Assembly (NCBI GenBank): GCA_951804945.1
Contig: OX638158.1
Span: 32,798,001 to 32,862,000, forward strand
DNA from: Podarcis cretensis
Lineage: Eukaryota
Length of the DNA: 64,000 nt
Direction of reading: 5' to 3'
Made by a program: the position numbers and the translations under genes. Shown in pieces: positions 1 through 13,772 of this stretch. The first letter of the stretch is position 1. Every line of letters begins with the position of its first letter. The notes under the pieces are model-generated. The model made no database searches. It was given only the letters and a program-made list of their open reading frames with translations, and was not told the origin of the DNA.

Positions 1-684
1 CACACACACACAATAGTCACATGTAAGTCTGTTCCAGGCTTCCTGTGGATTTCTCAGCCAAAAGGATAGAAGGATCTGCCCTGGAACATCATCCCAGTGT
101 ATATCTGGCATGGACTGGGAGGGCAAAGAAAACCCATCATTAGACTATCTGAGTCTGTGTCCCTCAGCTTGTTCTGATTGCTTTTGCTGAGCTCAGAAAG
201 ACAGCTCTCCTATATCTCTCTCTCTTGGCTTTTTCCAGAACACTGGAAGTATGTTATGCTTATGATGCTATGCAGAGCTAATCACTGCCTTTCCCTCTCG
301 GCACTTGTACCAGGCTGTCAGGCGGGCAACTGATCTTGACTTACTGGAGCTCAGAAAATGGGAATCTAAGTGAAATATGAGAGTTACCCATCAAATGATG
401 ATATATAAAACACCCAAGCTTTTGTGTTTACATAAATAGACAAACAGGTGATACATGGGAAGTCCATTAGGATACAGCAGAAAAGGGCTTCTCCCCAGTT
501 CTGCCCTTCATTGGTGAAGTGGCGAGCTTAGTATCAAAATACAAGTAAATAGGAGTCAAAGTTAAAATCTCTGCATAGCAATATCACCACCTATTTCTCC
601 CTTGGCCTGGAGAGAAAGTGGCATTCTTCCCTCAACTCACCTGTGCTTGCTTTTATTTTCATTCCCACGAACACACTTCCCCCC

Positions 685-768
685 TCACCCCCGCTCCGAC
701 TGCTCTGTGCTGAGGCTGCCTTTCACCATCTTGTTCTGCAAGGAGGGAAGAGAGCAAGGGAGGAGGGG
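685..768 (-). CDS. TCF20: TCF20 terminal coding segment PLLPCSLPSLQNKMVKGSLSTEQSERG*; exon 641-768 includes 44 nt of 3'UTR
   Basis: Acceptor acattag|CCC at 769, TGA at 687-685, donor CACAG|gtgagt at 640. Matches the recalled mammalian isoform-1 C-terminus ...GSLSTEQSERG. Confidence 0.92.
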   Translation of the reverse strand, partial: PLLPCSLPSLQNKMVKGSLSTEQSERG

Positions 769-1644
769 CTAATGTCCAGTATGCCAAGAAGAAGGTGAGG
801 GGGAAAGAGAAGATAAAAGGAGAGAGGCAGATGAGAAGAAAGATGGAACATGTGGAGAATGAAAGAGAGAAAGGAGCATCAGTACGAGAACCAAACACAG
901 ATCTTTCAGACAGGATTTCTGCACGACAGCATTTGGAACTTTGGGGAGGAAAGAAATAAGCAGTTTAGCAAGAAAGTTGAGCTGTGCTCCCTACATAATC
1001 ACAAAGCTTTCCAGCTGAGCAACAAGAAGGTTTTTACAGCTTCTTCCTTAAGTGTTCTGAAGGGACATTTTGTGAAAGATTTTTGCTCCCTGATGTCAGA
1101 TGTTTTTAACCATTGATCAGAAATGTCAAACTTAAGGTTTTTTCACCTTGTGGATGTTGAAACAGATTACATCTGGTTTTCATTATCTTAACTAAAAGAA
1201 TCAACTTACAACAGAAAAGAGGTGTTAATACTACAAAACAAGTAACATATCTAGAAGTACTCTCCTTTCCAATTTAAAAGCGTTACTTCTTGCTATATCT
1301 CAATTCTAAAACAACCACTTTTTAATACATGCGTCACTTCTTACAGAGCAGAAGTCTTTGTCTTCCATTGAAACACAACACAGTTTCTAAACAATGTTGC
1401 ACATATTCCAGAATCGCAGAAAAATAACAAAAATAGATATACTGTGTTCAGTACATTGAGAGTCACATACTTAATTTTATTTTTAGTAAAACATCTACTA
1501 GGCTTTATAGTTATGCAGATCAACTTGAACAGTATGTACACCCACAATGCCTGGTAGATTCTCCAGTGTTAGAAAGGGTCTACAGGAGATTGGGGGATGA
1601 GGTTTCAGGACCGTGAATAATTGGGTTCGTGCCCCATACTGGGC

Positions 1645-1715
1645 AAATGATTCCTGCACTGCAGGGGGTTGGACTAGATGACCCTTCTGGTCCCTTCCAA
1701 CTCTACAATTCTGCA
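1645..1715 (+). mobile_element. CR1 3' terminal fragment
   Basis: ggttggactagatgacc...ggtcccttccaactctacaattct. Confidence 0.75.
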
Positions 1716-3174
1716 ATTTTCTCAGTGCATAAAAATTATATACAGGTTGAAGAATTTAGTTTCTCATGGCACACTTTTGCTTTTTAAAAGTACAGAGCAT
1801 AGATAAACTTATCTGAAAAATTTAGAAATGAGGAAATAATATTTATTCATTCCAAAAATGTTCCTGGACCCATTTATCAGTACCATACAGACAAGGCAAA
1901 CATGGTTCACAGAAAGTTCAATGCAATTCCACAGCATATGCCCAACTTCTGATACACAAAAGAACATTTGGATCAGAGGAGTGACTGTCAGTGACATATT
2001 TATCAAGGGAAGAGCCATATCCTGTTGTTTATTTGTTATTGCTATTTTTTGGTATTGTGATACTGTATTGTTCTTAACCTGCATTGTGGTTCTTACCAGT
2101 TTTATAAGCTGCTCATGGATTCATGAATCAAAAGGCAGAGTATAAATATTAGAACAAATATATGCAACAACAACAACAAAAGGCTTTAATTACTAAAATC
2201 AACAATTTGGTGGCTGAATCCTCATTTCTCACATAAATTAGCAATGATGCCTCTATTTGTTTATGTTGGTAGTCTCTCCTGAACTCTGGTAATTTTTGCT
2301 CCTCAAAGACTAATATTGTTCTATAATAATCAATTTGGTACATTTAGTGAGCAAAAACATGGGGTTTTTTGGAAGCGGTCAACACTATCCAATATAACCT
2401 AAATAACTCTGAAGACATAATATGATGTGCAGTTTTTATTCAGTTATCTGTGGTTTGGATGTTTCCAGAAGTCTTAATCCAACATGACCTGTGAACTTGA
2501 AAATATCTGTATTTCTAATATAACTATTTAACAAAGCAGCCTTCTACTTTGGCAAATTAAGTTCACGCTAAAAGAATTTTATAGCTTTCTTTCACAGAGA
2601 TAGATGGCTGATCTTCAGATAGCTCCACATTCCTTGTTCTGTACTGTTTATGAATAGAGAAACAAGGGGGGGTATCCCAAATACACCTTTACTCATCATA
2701 AAGCATCATTCAACAAGCAGAAGCTCAACCATGTCTGCATGTTATAAATTATCATCCAACTTTATATCGCCTAGCTATATACAGAAAAGTGCATTATGGT
2801 TATTTTACAAATTGGTGCTTTAACAATATAACCAGAGGTTGAACGAGTAGACAAGAATTAGCTGGCCAATTGTGCCCAGCACAGCAAATAATGCCGACCT
2901 ATCTCCAACAGATCAATTGATGAAAGGAACTTTCCAATCAGCTTCCCATCCATTTCGAAACTTGTTTTTCTCAGACTATTTGCAGACAACCACTTTTAAC
3001 AGAACATTCTCTGCATAGCTACAGCCAAAGAAAAACACTCAGTACAAAAGCTATGCAATAAAGCTATCTTTCATAGAATGAACAGAATCCAGATTAAAAT
3101 AAACTAATTCTACAGAATAAAGAAAATATGAAGACTCATATTTTCTGACCATGCCATCCCACAGGAAATGGAAA

Positions 3175-3175
<1 letters not shown>

Positions 3176-3207
<32 letters not shown>
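3176..3207. repeat. (CA)n microsatellite
   Basis: Direct reading. Confidence 0.95.
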
Positions 3208-3210
<3 letters not shown>

Positions 3211-3319
3211 ATGCCAAAGAGTATATTTAGAAAGCATTGCCCAGACACAAAATGTCTAAAAATAAACTATGATGAAACCTATATAGCAAATGGCAGCAAA
3301 TTGTTAACAACTTTATTAC

Positions 3320-3369
3320 CTTGTGCTTGGGGCACCTCACTGAGAAATTCTCTTCGTTTAGTAAACAAT
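3320..3369 (-). CDS. TCF20: TCF20 50-nt coding exon ((D)CLLNEENFSVRCPKHK)
   Basis: Acceptor ttctcttttag|ATTG and donor CACAAG|gtaata. Phase 1 start matches the previous exon and completes the PHD CPKH motif. Absent from the ORF track. Confidence 0.95.
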
Positions 3370-3631
3370 CTAAAAGAGAAGAAAACAAAAGGTAAAGAAT
3401 ATTCTGAAAACAGCCACCAACTCCAAACCCAGCATGAAGTGATTTTAAACCACACTGCTAACAAAAGAGTTATGTCTGCTTCTTCATCTCCAATTGTAGA
3501 TATTTTTTTCGTAATATGAAAAAGGTGCTCACAGTGTAGTAACCACTAACGTCTGAAGGAGAGATGGGTGCCTGCAAGCACTCTGTAATCATGTACTCAA
3601 AAGCCTTAGCAAACTCACATTCCTAGGAATA

Positions 3632-3866
3632 CAGTTGGAACCTAGGGTTGTGAACGTGATCCGTGCAAGGAGGCACGTTTGCGACCCGCAGCGCCGCGTC
3701 TGCGCGGGTTGCGATTCAGCGCTTCTGCGCAAAGCGTTATTTAGTGCTTCTGCGCATGTGTGAGCAACAAAACCCAGAAGTAACCCATTCCAGTACTTCC
3801 AGGTTCGGCATGGTGCACAACCCGAAAATGCGTAACCTGAAGCGTCTGTAACCCGAGGTATCACTG
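3632..3866. mobile_element. Tigger-like MITE
   Basis: TA|cagt...actg|TA with imperfect TIRs. Confidence 0.75.
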
Positions 3867-4773
3867 TATGCCTACTTATCTCCCCTTGTAACATGAAGTT
3901 GTTCAGCTAAAGAACATGTTACAAACACTTTTTTCAAAATTCTTAAGTCAATACAGAGCATGATTCCATGCTCACCAATAAACTTTGATTAAAAAAACTC
4001 CTTGTTTAGGGGCATTCTTCCTCAGGGTATACTTTCAGTTCAAGCTTCAGACATGTGATTCTGCTGCACCTTACATTCTTTTAACTATTTTTTGGGGGGG
4101 AGGGTGTCAAATTTCAGCTGCTTCATCAAGATAGTATGTTTTCAGAAAACCATTAACGGATCCAGTCCCCACAATTCCTTACAACCTCCAAGTGACTCCC
4201 ATGGTGGTAAATAAAAGCATGCTAATTTGAAATAATCTTAAATATGTGCTATAACCATATCCTCCTCCTGCTGCAATCTGCTGGAAAAGTTTTAACAGTC
4301 AGCATGAGACTAACAAGGAAAAAACTGCTCTCTCTCTGATTTTGGCTCGGTTTCCTTTGCTGCAAGGGGTATGTCAGTGTTCCACATTGAAAGCTCAGAG
4401 CCGCATAAAAAGAAGCTTGAAGAAGGCTAAAACAATTCTGTGTAGTTCTCTAAGACAAGCATTTATCCCACCTGCCATTCAAAGCATATGGGCCACATTC
4501 ATACATAACATGAAAACACTGTTTATTGCAGCCTTCCAACTTGGTGCCCTCCAGATGTTTTAGACTCCCAATTCCCAATTCAGTTCCAAACAGCAGGCAA
4601 GGCTGGTTTACGATGGCATGTACAAACTGGTAAAATCCCAAGCAAGCCCTGGTCTCGTGTTCCCCCCACTCCTCTTCCTACACGGCATGAAGACATTTGC
4701 TTTTGCTTTCAATGAATCTTGGGCTGGTGGTATTCTCAGGAACAGGGACTGCTGTTTATAATATACTCTAGTG

Positions 4774-4970
4774 CAGAGCTTTCCAAAGTTTTCAAGTTGG
4801 TGACACACTTTTTGGAAATGCGTCATTCTACGACACAGTAATTCAGTTTAACCAAAGGTTAAACTAACCCCTTCCAGCCCCAGGAAGAGTGCAGGGAGCG
4901 TTTGTGCGACACACCTACACACTGTAGCCGACAAACTAACATGTCGCAACATACAGTTTGGAAAGCTCTG
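4774..4970. mobile_element. hAT MITE
   Basis: TIR cagagctttccaaa and tttggaaagctctg; an inverted homolog is at 22078. Confidence 0.8.
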
Positions 4971-6689
4971 CTCGTCAGTTTCAAAACATGCCAACTGAAA
5001 ACATGGGTTATGAAGTTGGCTTGTTACTGTATATTCCAGGGTAACGTTGTTTACGCTTCAGTCTGAAGAGAATTCTGCTGCTCTTCCTCATAGAGAGTTG
5101 GTTCCAAAAGTTATTTTTGTTGAGGGTGGAGGCAACCTAGCTGGTGAAAACAATGGTGAGAGGAGGTGCTGCTGCTTCTCTATCTCACAGGGCATATAAA
5201 ATGGATGACCACTGTTAAAGAGTGGGAGGCTAGGCCCAGCTTGGCTGGTGAGAGCAGAAGCATGTGGAACTGGCAGAACCTCACTCTTGGCTGCTGCTTC
5301 TCTTCCTACAGGGCAAGTAGACCTCAATATTCCAAACTCCATTAATATTCTAAACTCCAGACAACAGAGGAAAACCAAATAAATAAATGTGTCTTGTCAA
5401 GAAGCAAAGATCCCACACATTTTCTTCATACTTAGTTGGTACTGGCTAATTTTGACTCATTGTGACAGGAACCAAGCAAGTTTTAAAAACAAAAACAAAA
5501 CAAAACAACCTTCAGAGGGGTGGAGAAGAAAAACAGGAAGGAGAGGGGCTTGGTAAATTTTCCAGCCGTTAGTGGTGGGAGGGGTACAATTCTTACTTCC
5601 TTGCACAGAATTAATTTAGCTGCAAAATTTTGTTTTGTTTTCTTAAAGAACCAAGTACAGCATCTATACTGCAGGAAGACATACAAGTCTCAGTCTCATT
5701 CACAATGTTTCATCTCAGTTTTTAATCATCTAGATCCACAGCATCCTATGAAAGTTATATACTGTATGTTTGACCATACTAACTAGCAACTACTAATATC
5801 TGTACTCTTCTTTAATTTTCCCACTCTTATGTCAGAGGCAGTCGACAGTAGTAAGACTATTCCTGTCTATGTTACGGAAAGTTAAGAGAGGCCAAAAATA
5901 GAAGGCTGACTCAGCAGAATTCAATGTCTTTCTTAGAAGGTAGTTTTATTTAGTCATGTCAGGATTATAAGCAGAAGCAACTCCATGTTGTTGAAATACC
6001 AGTATGGGAAGCAGGCACCAGTCTCATATGCTCCACAAAATCCAAAGAAAAAGCTTCAACACATGCACATCCAAAACTATCTAGCATAAGAGCCGACTCA
6101 CATGAGAGGCACACTATACAAGGATATGCTAACACAAAAGATTCTTCAAGTAAGATTTTTATATGGCAGTAAAAAGAATGTAACAACACACAAGCATGTT
6201 GTTACAGCAAATGCTCTGAAGTGCTTTGCAGCTCAACAATAGCTATCCTCTCTGGTTCCAACTCCATTCACTGGTCTGCCATTTTAGTCTCTTGCCAATC
6301 TCTGGCACTCCAAATGTCTTATGATTACATCTAATTATACTAATAGAGGAAGCAGGTACTATAATTCAATTCACTCCTTCAAATGAGGAAAGGCAGAAAC
6401 CACACAGATCATGATCCTTTCTGTTCTACTTTTAGCATACTTTGGCAGAAGTCCTAATTATTTTCCAAGAGGAAACAGGTTTTAAACTCTGCATTAGTAA
6501 ATATTTGTCTTGTGGTTGACACTTGTAAACATAAAATCTGGTATTTGAAGCAAATTCTTTTTCCATAATGTGTTGTGATTTATTATATAATGGTGCCGCA
6601 TTCAGTTCTCACAGGTTACTTTTAAGTGGTTAGTGATTTTCACGATGCCTCTCTTATAAAGTCTTCTAGATCAAACCAGTGAACAGTCA

Positions 6690-6887
<198 letters not shown>

Positions 6888-7213
6888 CTACAAAAGGCTT
6901 CATTTGCTTAATTCTTTTGTCTAGGATTATTTAATAAAATTGACACCACACTTTTCCAACTACTGGTGTAAAATGAACAAGGGCAATATCAGAAACTGTG
7001 TCAACCTCACTCAGTTGTCCACAGCTCACAGCTTCTCCTATTCCCAAGCCCTATAGCCTAACGCCCTCTATGCCTAAAAGTTTTCAACTGGGCATTATTT
7101 AATAATAAGTATTTGTAAATACTGCAAACACATGGATGATTATTCATTCTGACACACTATCTTCTCACAATACTGTTTGTGTGCTTGTTTACCTAGCACT
7201 TTATTTGTTTCAT

Positions 7214-7550
7214 CCAGGGGCACTAACTTGCATAAAATATTGGGGGGTGGGTAGGTAAGGCCCCGCCCCGATCCTATGCACCTTAGGCTTTGCAGCCTCT
7301 CTAATCACAAGACACGGCACACACAGTCCATTTACCTCCTTTGGCATCAGTCCCTGCCCCCAAGCCTGGCAACAGAGTGGCGGTAGGCAGGAGAGCGAGT
7401 GTAGCTGGGGAGCGTGTGAGCCAGTGCCAGGCAGCAGCTGTGTTCCTCTGATGCACTTTTACAATGAAGGTTCAATGCCCATTAACTTGCCCCCTCAAAT
7501 GTTTTATTGGGGGAGCTAGAGTGACCTGGGCTCTTAGTATTTGGTGTCCT
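7214..7550. mobile_element. hAT-like MITE; related partial copy at 57277-57380
   Basis: Shared start cagggg...aacttg.ataaaatattggg. Confidence 0.45.
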
Positions 7551-7605
7551 TGTCCTCATCCCTTGCTCACATTATTGTAAGAACTACATCTCCACGTCCA
7601 TTAGC

Positions 7606-10078
7606 GGGTTTCCAGTTCCGATCTGCCTTAATGGAGGCAGCCCCCACAACATTACAGGGATTGAAGGCGGGGAAAAACAAGAGTGGTAGAGGGTAAATCA
7701 TTCTTGGAAATTCCTCCCCGGAAAGGGAGGAACGGGATTAACTTGCAGTCCGTCTGGGTACCTGGCTCTCACTCCAGCATGGAAAGCAGAGGGCAGGGAG
7801 GCACTGAGTGTAAAAGCAATTCGTCTGGTGAAAACACTCCCACGTCCCCATTAAGAAGCAGAGGTTCTTCTGCTAACTGGATTTTTAATTGGCTTTAAAG
7901 TCAGGCACGCTCTGAGAGAAGGTGTTGTCATCAGAACTGCGGAATTACCCAGCTGCATTGATCTGAGATTTGGAACTGAGAAAGAGATTTTATTTGGTGT
8001 GGGCGGTAGATAGCAGAGAGGGAAGCCTCCAGTTTCCTGTTTACTTTGAGTTTCCTTATTAATGATTCGGCAACCCTCTCCAGACATAAAATTTTAAAGA
8101 TACAAAATGAAGTTGAACTGCAGTATGAAATAAAACTAGTGATTAAAAGAACAGTTAGCTGTGTGTGGTTTAAAGAGATGGGGACAGCTCTAATACTGGA
8201 ATTGATTATCTTGGAAAATTAGAGTGGATACCATCTCTACCTCCCCCCCCCCTTAAAAACAACAGATAAGAGATACAACAAGTGGACTTTGGCCAAAATG
8301 CAGTTGTAAAGATGAAAGGAATTTGGAGCCATGGAGACTCTGATGGTCATTAACTGAAATGAAAGTACTCCAAGATCCCCTGCAGCGGAAGCTGGATCCC
8401 TCTTTTGGGCTGTAAAAATTTCTAGACGGCGATTGAGTAGTGAGAAAGAGTGGACTGTTGGATTATGTTATTGTCCAGAAACACCAAGCAAGATGAAAGC
8501 ACGATGGGAGGGAACTAATGAGATATTTTGAGAATTCCCCAGGAATAGCCCCACCCCAGCTATGCTGAGAGATCACAGCAATTGGAGGAATTTCAAGAAT
8601 GGGACAGCAGATAAAGGCTAAGGACTTTATAATTGGACATATTCAGACTGACACATGCAGAGAAAAGGAAAATAATAAGAGTACCTCATTTGAAATCCTA
8701 TAGAAAGTTAGATAAGGTAATAAGATGAATAGTAATCTCTAAAAATGCAGCTGTTATCTTAAGGATTAATATTCCAACTGAAATGTAATTAGATGTTAAT
8801 AAAAATATGAACTGCAGCAATACAAGAACTGGATAAAAAACGGCCTTATGAGGAGACAAAAAATTCATTCACCAGTTGGCTACAATACCAGCAGGTGAAT
8901 GATCTGTTAAAAGAAGATAAAAAAAATATAGGTTTCGAAGACAAAAAATCAAAATTTAACATAGAGGTTGTAGAAGGTAAGAACAAAACACTGTCTAGAA
9001 TTTATAACATATTATTAGAGTGGCATACAAAAGATGAGTAGGTGAAGGAGGCAATGATTAAATGGGCAACCGACTTTGGTTATAATATTGATTTTGAAAG
9101 GTGGTTGGAACTGTGGAACAGCAATATAAAGTTTACGGCGTGTATGGCATTGAGAGAGAATATCTGGAAGATGTTGTATAGATGGTATCACACGCTGGTG
9201 AAACTGGCCAAAATGTACAGATTAAGGAATAGGAAATGTTGGAAATGTGGCGAGGTGGAGGGTGATCTTTATCATATGTGGTGGCTATGCAATAAGGTGA
9301 AAGGCTTCTGGGAATCAATCTACAATGAACTTAAAAAAATATTTAAATATACTTTCCCGAAAAGACCTGAAGCCTTTTTGTTGGGAATGATCGGTAATGA
9401 AATCAAAAAAGAAGATAAGACGATATTCCTTTATGCCACCACGTCAGCAAGAAATCGGAAACCATACCCAATATAAATGATTGGCAATGTAAGATGGCAA
9501 ATTATGCCGAGCTGGATAGGCTAACAGGTCGAATACGAGACCAAGATGAACAGAAATTCCAGAAAAATTGGAGTAAATATTGGAATTATATTGGAATAAA
9601 TTGATAAAGTGAATTGGCGGGGCTAGAACAATTCTATCAGTAAATAAATTTAAGATGTAAGATCAAAAATCAAATACGTAATGGAGGAAGATATATGATA
9701 CTTACCAAAAGGGTGGAGGGGAGTCTAAGGCTCGGTAGAGCTCAAAATATCATGATTGTATCCTTTATATACTGTTATAATGTTCTTTTTCTTTGTTTTT
9801 TCTTTTTTTGTGTGTATTGGCCTTTTTTTGTTTTTTTTGTGTGTGTATTGTTCTTCTTTTGTTTCTGCATAACTTTAATAAAAATGTAATTGCAAAAAAA
9901 AAAAAAGAACTGGATAAAAAACACTGATCAAGGAGCGTGAGAAACCACTTTGATTAAATTGGATAAATTTGGAAATAATTGGAATTATCTTGATATTAAT
10001 TGAAATCTGTATAACTGGCAAAACTGTGGTAATATTGAGTAAATATTGGAAAATTAATAAAAATTCATTATAAAAAAA
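7606..10078 (+). mobile_element. Older, degenerate L1-like element hosting the 8842-9904 insertion
   Basis: 5' end resembles that of the 57531 element, followed by an A-rich body and an AATAAA/A-tail near 10056-10078. No clear TSD; boundaries approximate. Confidence 0.45.
8842..9904 (+). mobile_element. 5'-truncated L1-clade LINE (ORF2 C-terminal Cys-rich region, 3'UTR, poly-A)
   Basis: KMLYRWYHT...CWKCGEVEGDLYHMWWLC zinc-knuckle; AATAAA and poly-A; 18-bp TSD aagaactggataaaaaac (8824-8841 and 9905-9922). Confidence 0.9.
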
Positions 10079-11775
10079 TCGATTAGAACAGGAGTGGGAA
10101 AGCTTTTTCAGCCTAAGGGCCCTCCACTCTCAATACACAGTTATTTAAACTTTGCCTCTACTTCTCCCCCCCAAAAAAACAATTTCTGGTTTTGAAAAAA
10201 GATCCCGTTCATATGAATAGGAGCTTTTTTCTGAGCCTGTTTACCACAGAGGGTGTTTACAATTTTCAGGGGTGCTGACACTTGGGGAAGGCTAACCCTT
10301 CTCTCCCCAGCTGTCACTTCCAAAAATCACTCCCCCAGTGCAGCAATTAGCCTCAGGAATAAAAGTCCCATTTGCGTGATTACTAGGATTACCCTCAACC
10401 ACCTACAAAAATGTACTTTCTACTGAACTATAGCTCCACCGACTGTGCCCGGCAGAACTCATCTGCTACTGCTGCCAGCTTCCCTGCTGTCAAACAAGTC
10501 TCCAATCTGACAGATGCTACTGCTTTCCAGTCTACAAGCACCATAATGGCTCCAGCTTCTCCACCTCCTGGGACCTGAAGCCATCTGCTTCTTTCAAGAA
10601 TGAATAGGGCACAAAGCTCCACAATCTTGACAAAAAGAAAAGGAACATTTCCAGAAATGAAGCGACCTAACCCTTGCCTTATATCAGAGATTTTGACATT
10701 TAATTTCCAAGCACCACAACTTGAGAGTGACAACTATCTTCGACTTCCTCCCACCTGGTAGCTTGTGCATTGCACTAACCTCTTTCATCAATCCCAGCAG
10801 CCGGGATAGACTTTCTTTTTTAAGTATTTGCTTTCGTAACAAAAACGAAACAGTATGTAACAACATAAACAAATAACTAATGTATAGTAAAATGCACTGG
10901 TTGTATCTATGTTGTTCTCTAAAACACTTGTTCTTCCCTTATGACTGGAATTATCTCTTTTTTTGTTACAGTCATCCACCGTGTGTATGGCCAGTAGTTG
11001 CCAGTTACATTCTTTTTATCCCGTATTGGTCTCTACAGCCACAGCAGGGGCTGTAACCTTCCAACAGTTTGACTTCACCCCAAGGCACTCCTGAGACAGA
11101 TAGATGCCGACAACAACATGATGTATTAAAAATTCAGATATGTAAGCAAATCGCCAAATAGCACCTTTAACCTAGGTTACAGTCGCCGCAACAGAATGTC
11201 TAGGAGTCTTTTTTGTGGTAGAATTCATTATCATCACCATCATCGTAGTCATCATTATTCATTTCTATGCCGCTTTATGTTTTAAAGAAAAAAAATCTCA
11301 AAGTTGTTTACAACACATCAAAACATGAAATAAAACAACCCAGAATAAAACAAATTCAAGTTTCAAGGAAAGTATTTCAGATCCTTCTCTAAGTAACATT
11401 TTGCTTTCCCCATATTTATTTATCTGCTTAATTTGTATAGTTGGCCCCTGCATATGAAAACAGGTACATGACTGTCTGCATTCTCTCCAGCAGTGCAATG
11501 ATTTTTATTTTAAATCTTCTTTTGAAATTAAATGTGAGGAAACTGGATTTTTTTTAAAAAAAAATTGGAAACTACTAGACTAGGGGTGAGGAACCTTCCA
11601 GAAATTGTTGGTCTCAAACGCCTATTAATCCCAACCAGCATGGCCAATAGTCTAGGGGCCAAAGGTTTTGATCCCTATACAACAACTGTAGCAAACACTG
11701 TAGCCTACCAGCCCTATTCAAAGTTTTGCAAAGCAAGAAACATTGTGCCACAGTCATAATGTATGACAGCAACAG

Positions 11776-12521
11776 GTGAGCTACAGTTTCATGGTCCCTT
11801 ACCTTTCCCGCCCCGACCTGGCCACAGTGATCCATGTGACGGTCATCTCCAGGCTTGACTACTGTAATTCGCTCTACGCGGGGCTGCCCTTGAAGCTGTC
11901 CCAGAAACTCCAGCAGGTGCAGAATGCTGCAGCGAGACTCCTCACGGGGTCTCTGCCATGGGAGCATATTCACCCAGTGCTTTTCAAGCTGCACTGGCTC
12001 CCGGTGGAGTACAGGATCAGATTTAAGGTGCTGCTTTTGACCTTTAAAGCCCTTCACGGCCTAGGACCCTCGTACCTACGGGACCGCCTCTCCCGGTATG
12101 CCCCACGGAGAGCCTCAAGGTCCATAAATAGCCACACTCTTGTGGTCCCGGGCCCTAAGGAAGTTAGATTGGCTTCAACCAGAGCCAGGGCCTTTTCAAC
12201 TCTGACTCCGGTCTGGTGGAACGCTCTGCCTCATGAGACCAGGGCCCTGCAGGATCTGATTTCTTTCCGCAGGGCCTGTAAGACAGAGTTGTTCTGCCTG
12301 GCCTTTGGCTTGGAGCCAATTTGATTCCCTCCCTCTCTTTCTTTTTTCTTTTCCTTCTCCTTCTGCGATGAGGCTACATTTTAATATTTTAATGTTTCAA
12401 TATTTTAATGTTGTATTTTTAAATTTTGCTTTTAAGTTGTAATCATTTAACTTGTTTTTATTATTGCTTGTAAGCCGCTCTGAGCCCGGCCTTGGCTGGG
12501 GAGGGCGGGGTATAAATAAAA

Positions 12522-12558
<37 letters not shown>
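11776..12558 (+). mobile_element. L2-clade LINE 3' fragment with (TTA)n tail
   Basis: SRLDYCNSLYAGLP...QNAAARLL...LHWLPV, typical of the L2 ORF2 C-terminus, then a 3'UTR and a TTA microsatellite tail. Confidence 0.9.
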
Positions 12559-12559
<1 letters not shown>

Positions 12560-13129
12560 GGCTCTAAAATGTTCTGCTCTAAGTGAGCCATAATCAAACA
12601 GCATTATGTGGTACAAATTAAGAATCTCACAGCTGACTATGAACAGCAAGCACAACAGGTACCAACTTTCAATACATCCTGACAAGTACCTTGAGGAAAG
12701 TTCTTCCTCTTCAAACTACCTACATCTGATCCAAAAACCAAAATGTGGGGTAAGGGATCACAATGGGTCAATAGCAGATACCTAGATACCATCATATTAG
12801 GGAGCAGCGACAGAAACAAAAAATTAGGCAGATATCTATTTATTCATTCAATGTTTATCCCATCCTTCCTCCTGAAGAAACCCAGGACATTGTTGATCTA
12901 AACTAGTTAAATATATACTGTATGCATGTGTTGTATTTTATTTATTATATTTATCCATTGCTTTTTACATAGAGATAAGTATCATAAAGCAACACAGCAT
13001 AATAAACAATACTGTGTTTATAAAAGGGCAAATCTTAACCTTCCCCTAAAGATAAGCATAAAAAGTAAAACAACAACCCATAACTCACTAACCTCCCAAG
13101 TAAAAATCAAAGGTCTGAGTAAATAGATC

Positions 13130-13360
13130 TAGCTTGGCACCAACAAGCAAGCAATGATGGTGTCTGGCATGCTTCCCTGGGAAGAGCATTCTGCAAATGA
13201 GAAGCCACCACTGGGATGGCCTGTTCTCATGCTGCCACCCTCCACACATCCCTCAGAGAAAGCACACAGATCCAGGTCTGATTAGGTTCATATAGGAATA
13301 GGTACGGAGGTCCTGAGATACAAAATGCCTTACAGATCAAACCCAGCATTTTAAACTGAG
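13130..13360 (-). mobile_element. Old L2 fragment
   Basis: Degenerate similarity to the L2 3' region (gggaagagcattc...gccaccact...aggtcctgag). Confidence 0.45.
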
Positions 13361-13627
13361 CCCATAAGTCTAAAAGAATTGACAGGCTGAAAATGTAATT
13401 CTCCCTTCTACACGATGCCTGTCCTTTTGTTATACTAAGCAGTAAATTATGGGTTTTTTTAAAAAAAAATACAGCATATGTAGCAGAATTTTTAAAAATA
13501 TGCAAACAGGATGTATATAAACTATAAAGACCACAGAACCACCTTACACTAAATAAAAATATTGCCTTAGTATGCTCAACACTGGTTACTAAAGGATACT
13601 TCTAAATACTAATGTGGGTAAAGAAAG

Positions 13628-13772
13628 NNNNNNNNNNNNNNNNNNNNNNNNNNNNNNNNNNNNNNNNNNNNNNNNNNNNNNNNNNNNNNNNNNNNNNNNN
13701 NNNNNNNNNNNNNNNNNNNNNNNNNNNNNNNNNNNNNNNNNNNNNNNNNNNNNNNNNNNNNNNNNNNNNNNN
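13628..13772. other. Assembly gap (145 N)
   Basis: Run of n, adjacent to the L2 3' end. Confidence 1.

Noticed and set aside
659-898. 79-aa minus-strand ORF over the last TCF20 coding exon
   Set aside because: Wrong frame; the spliced frame gives ...GSLSTEQSERG*.
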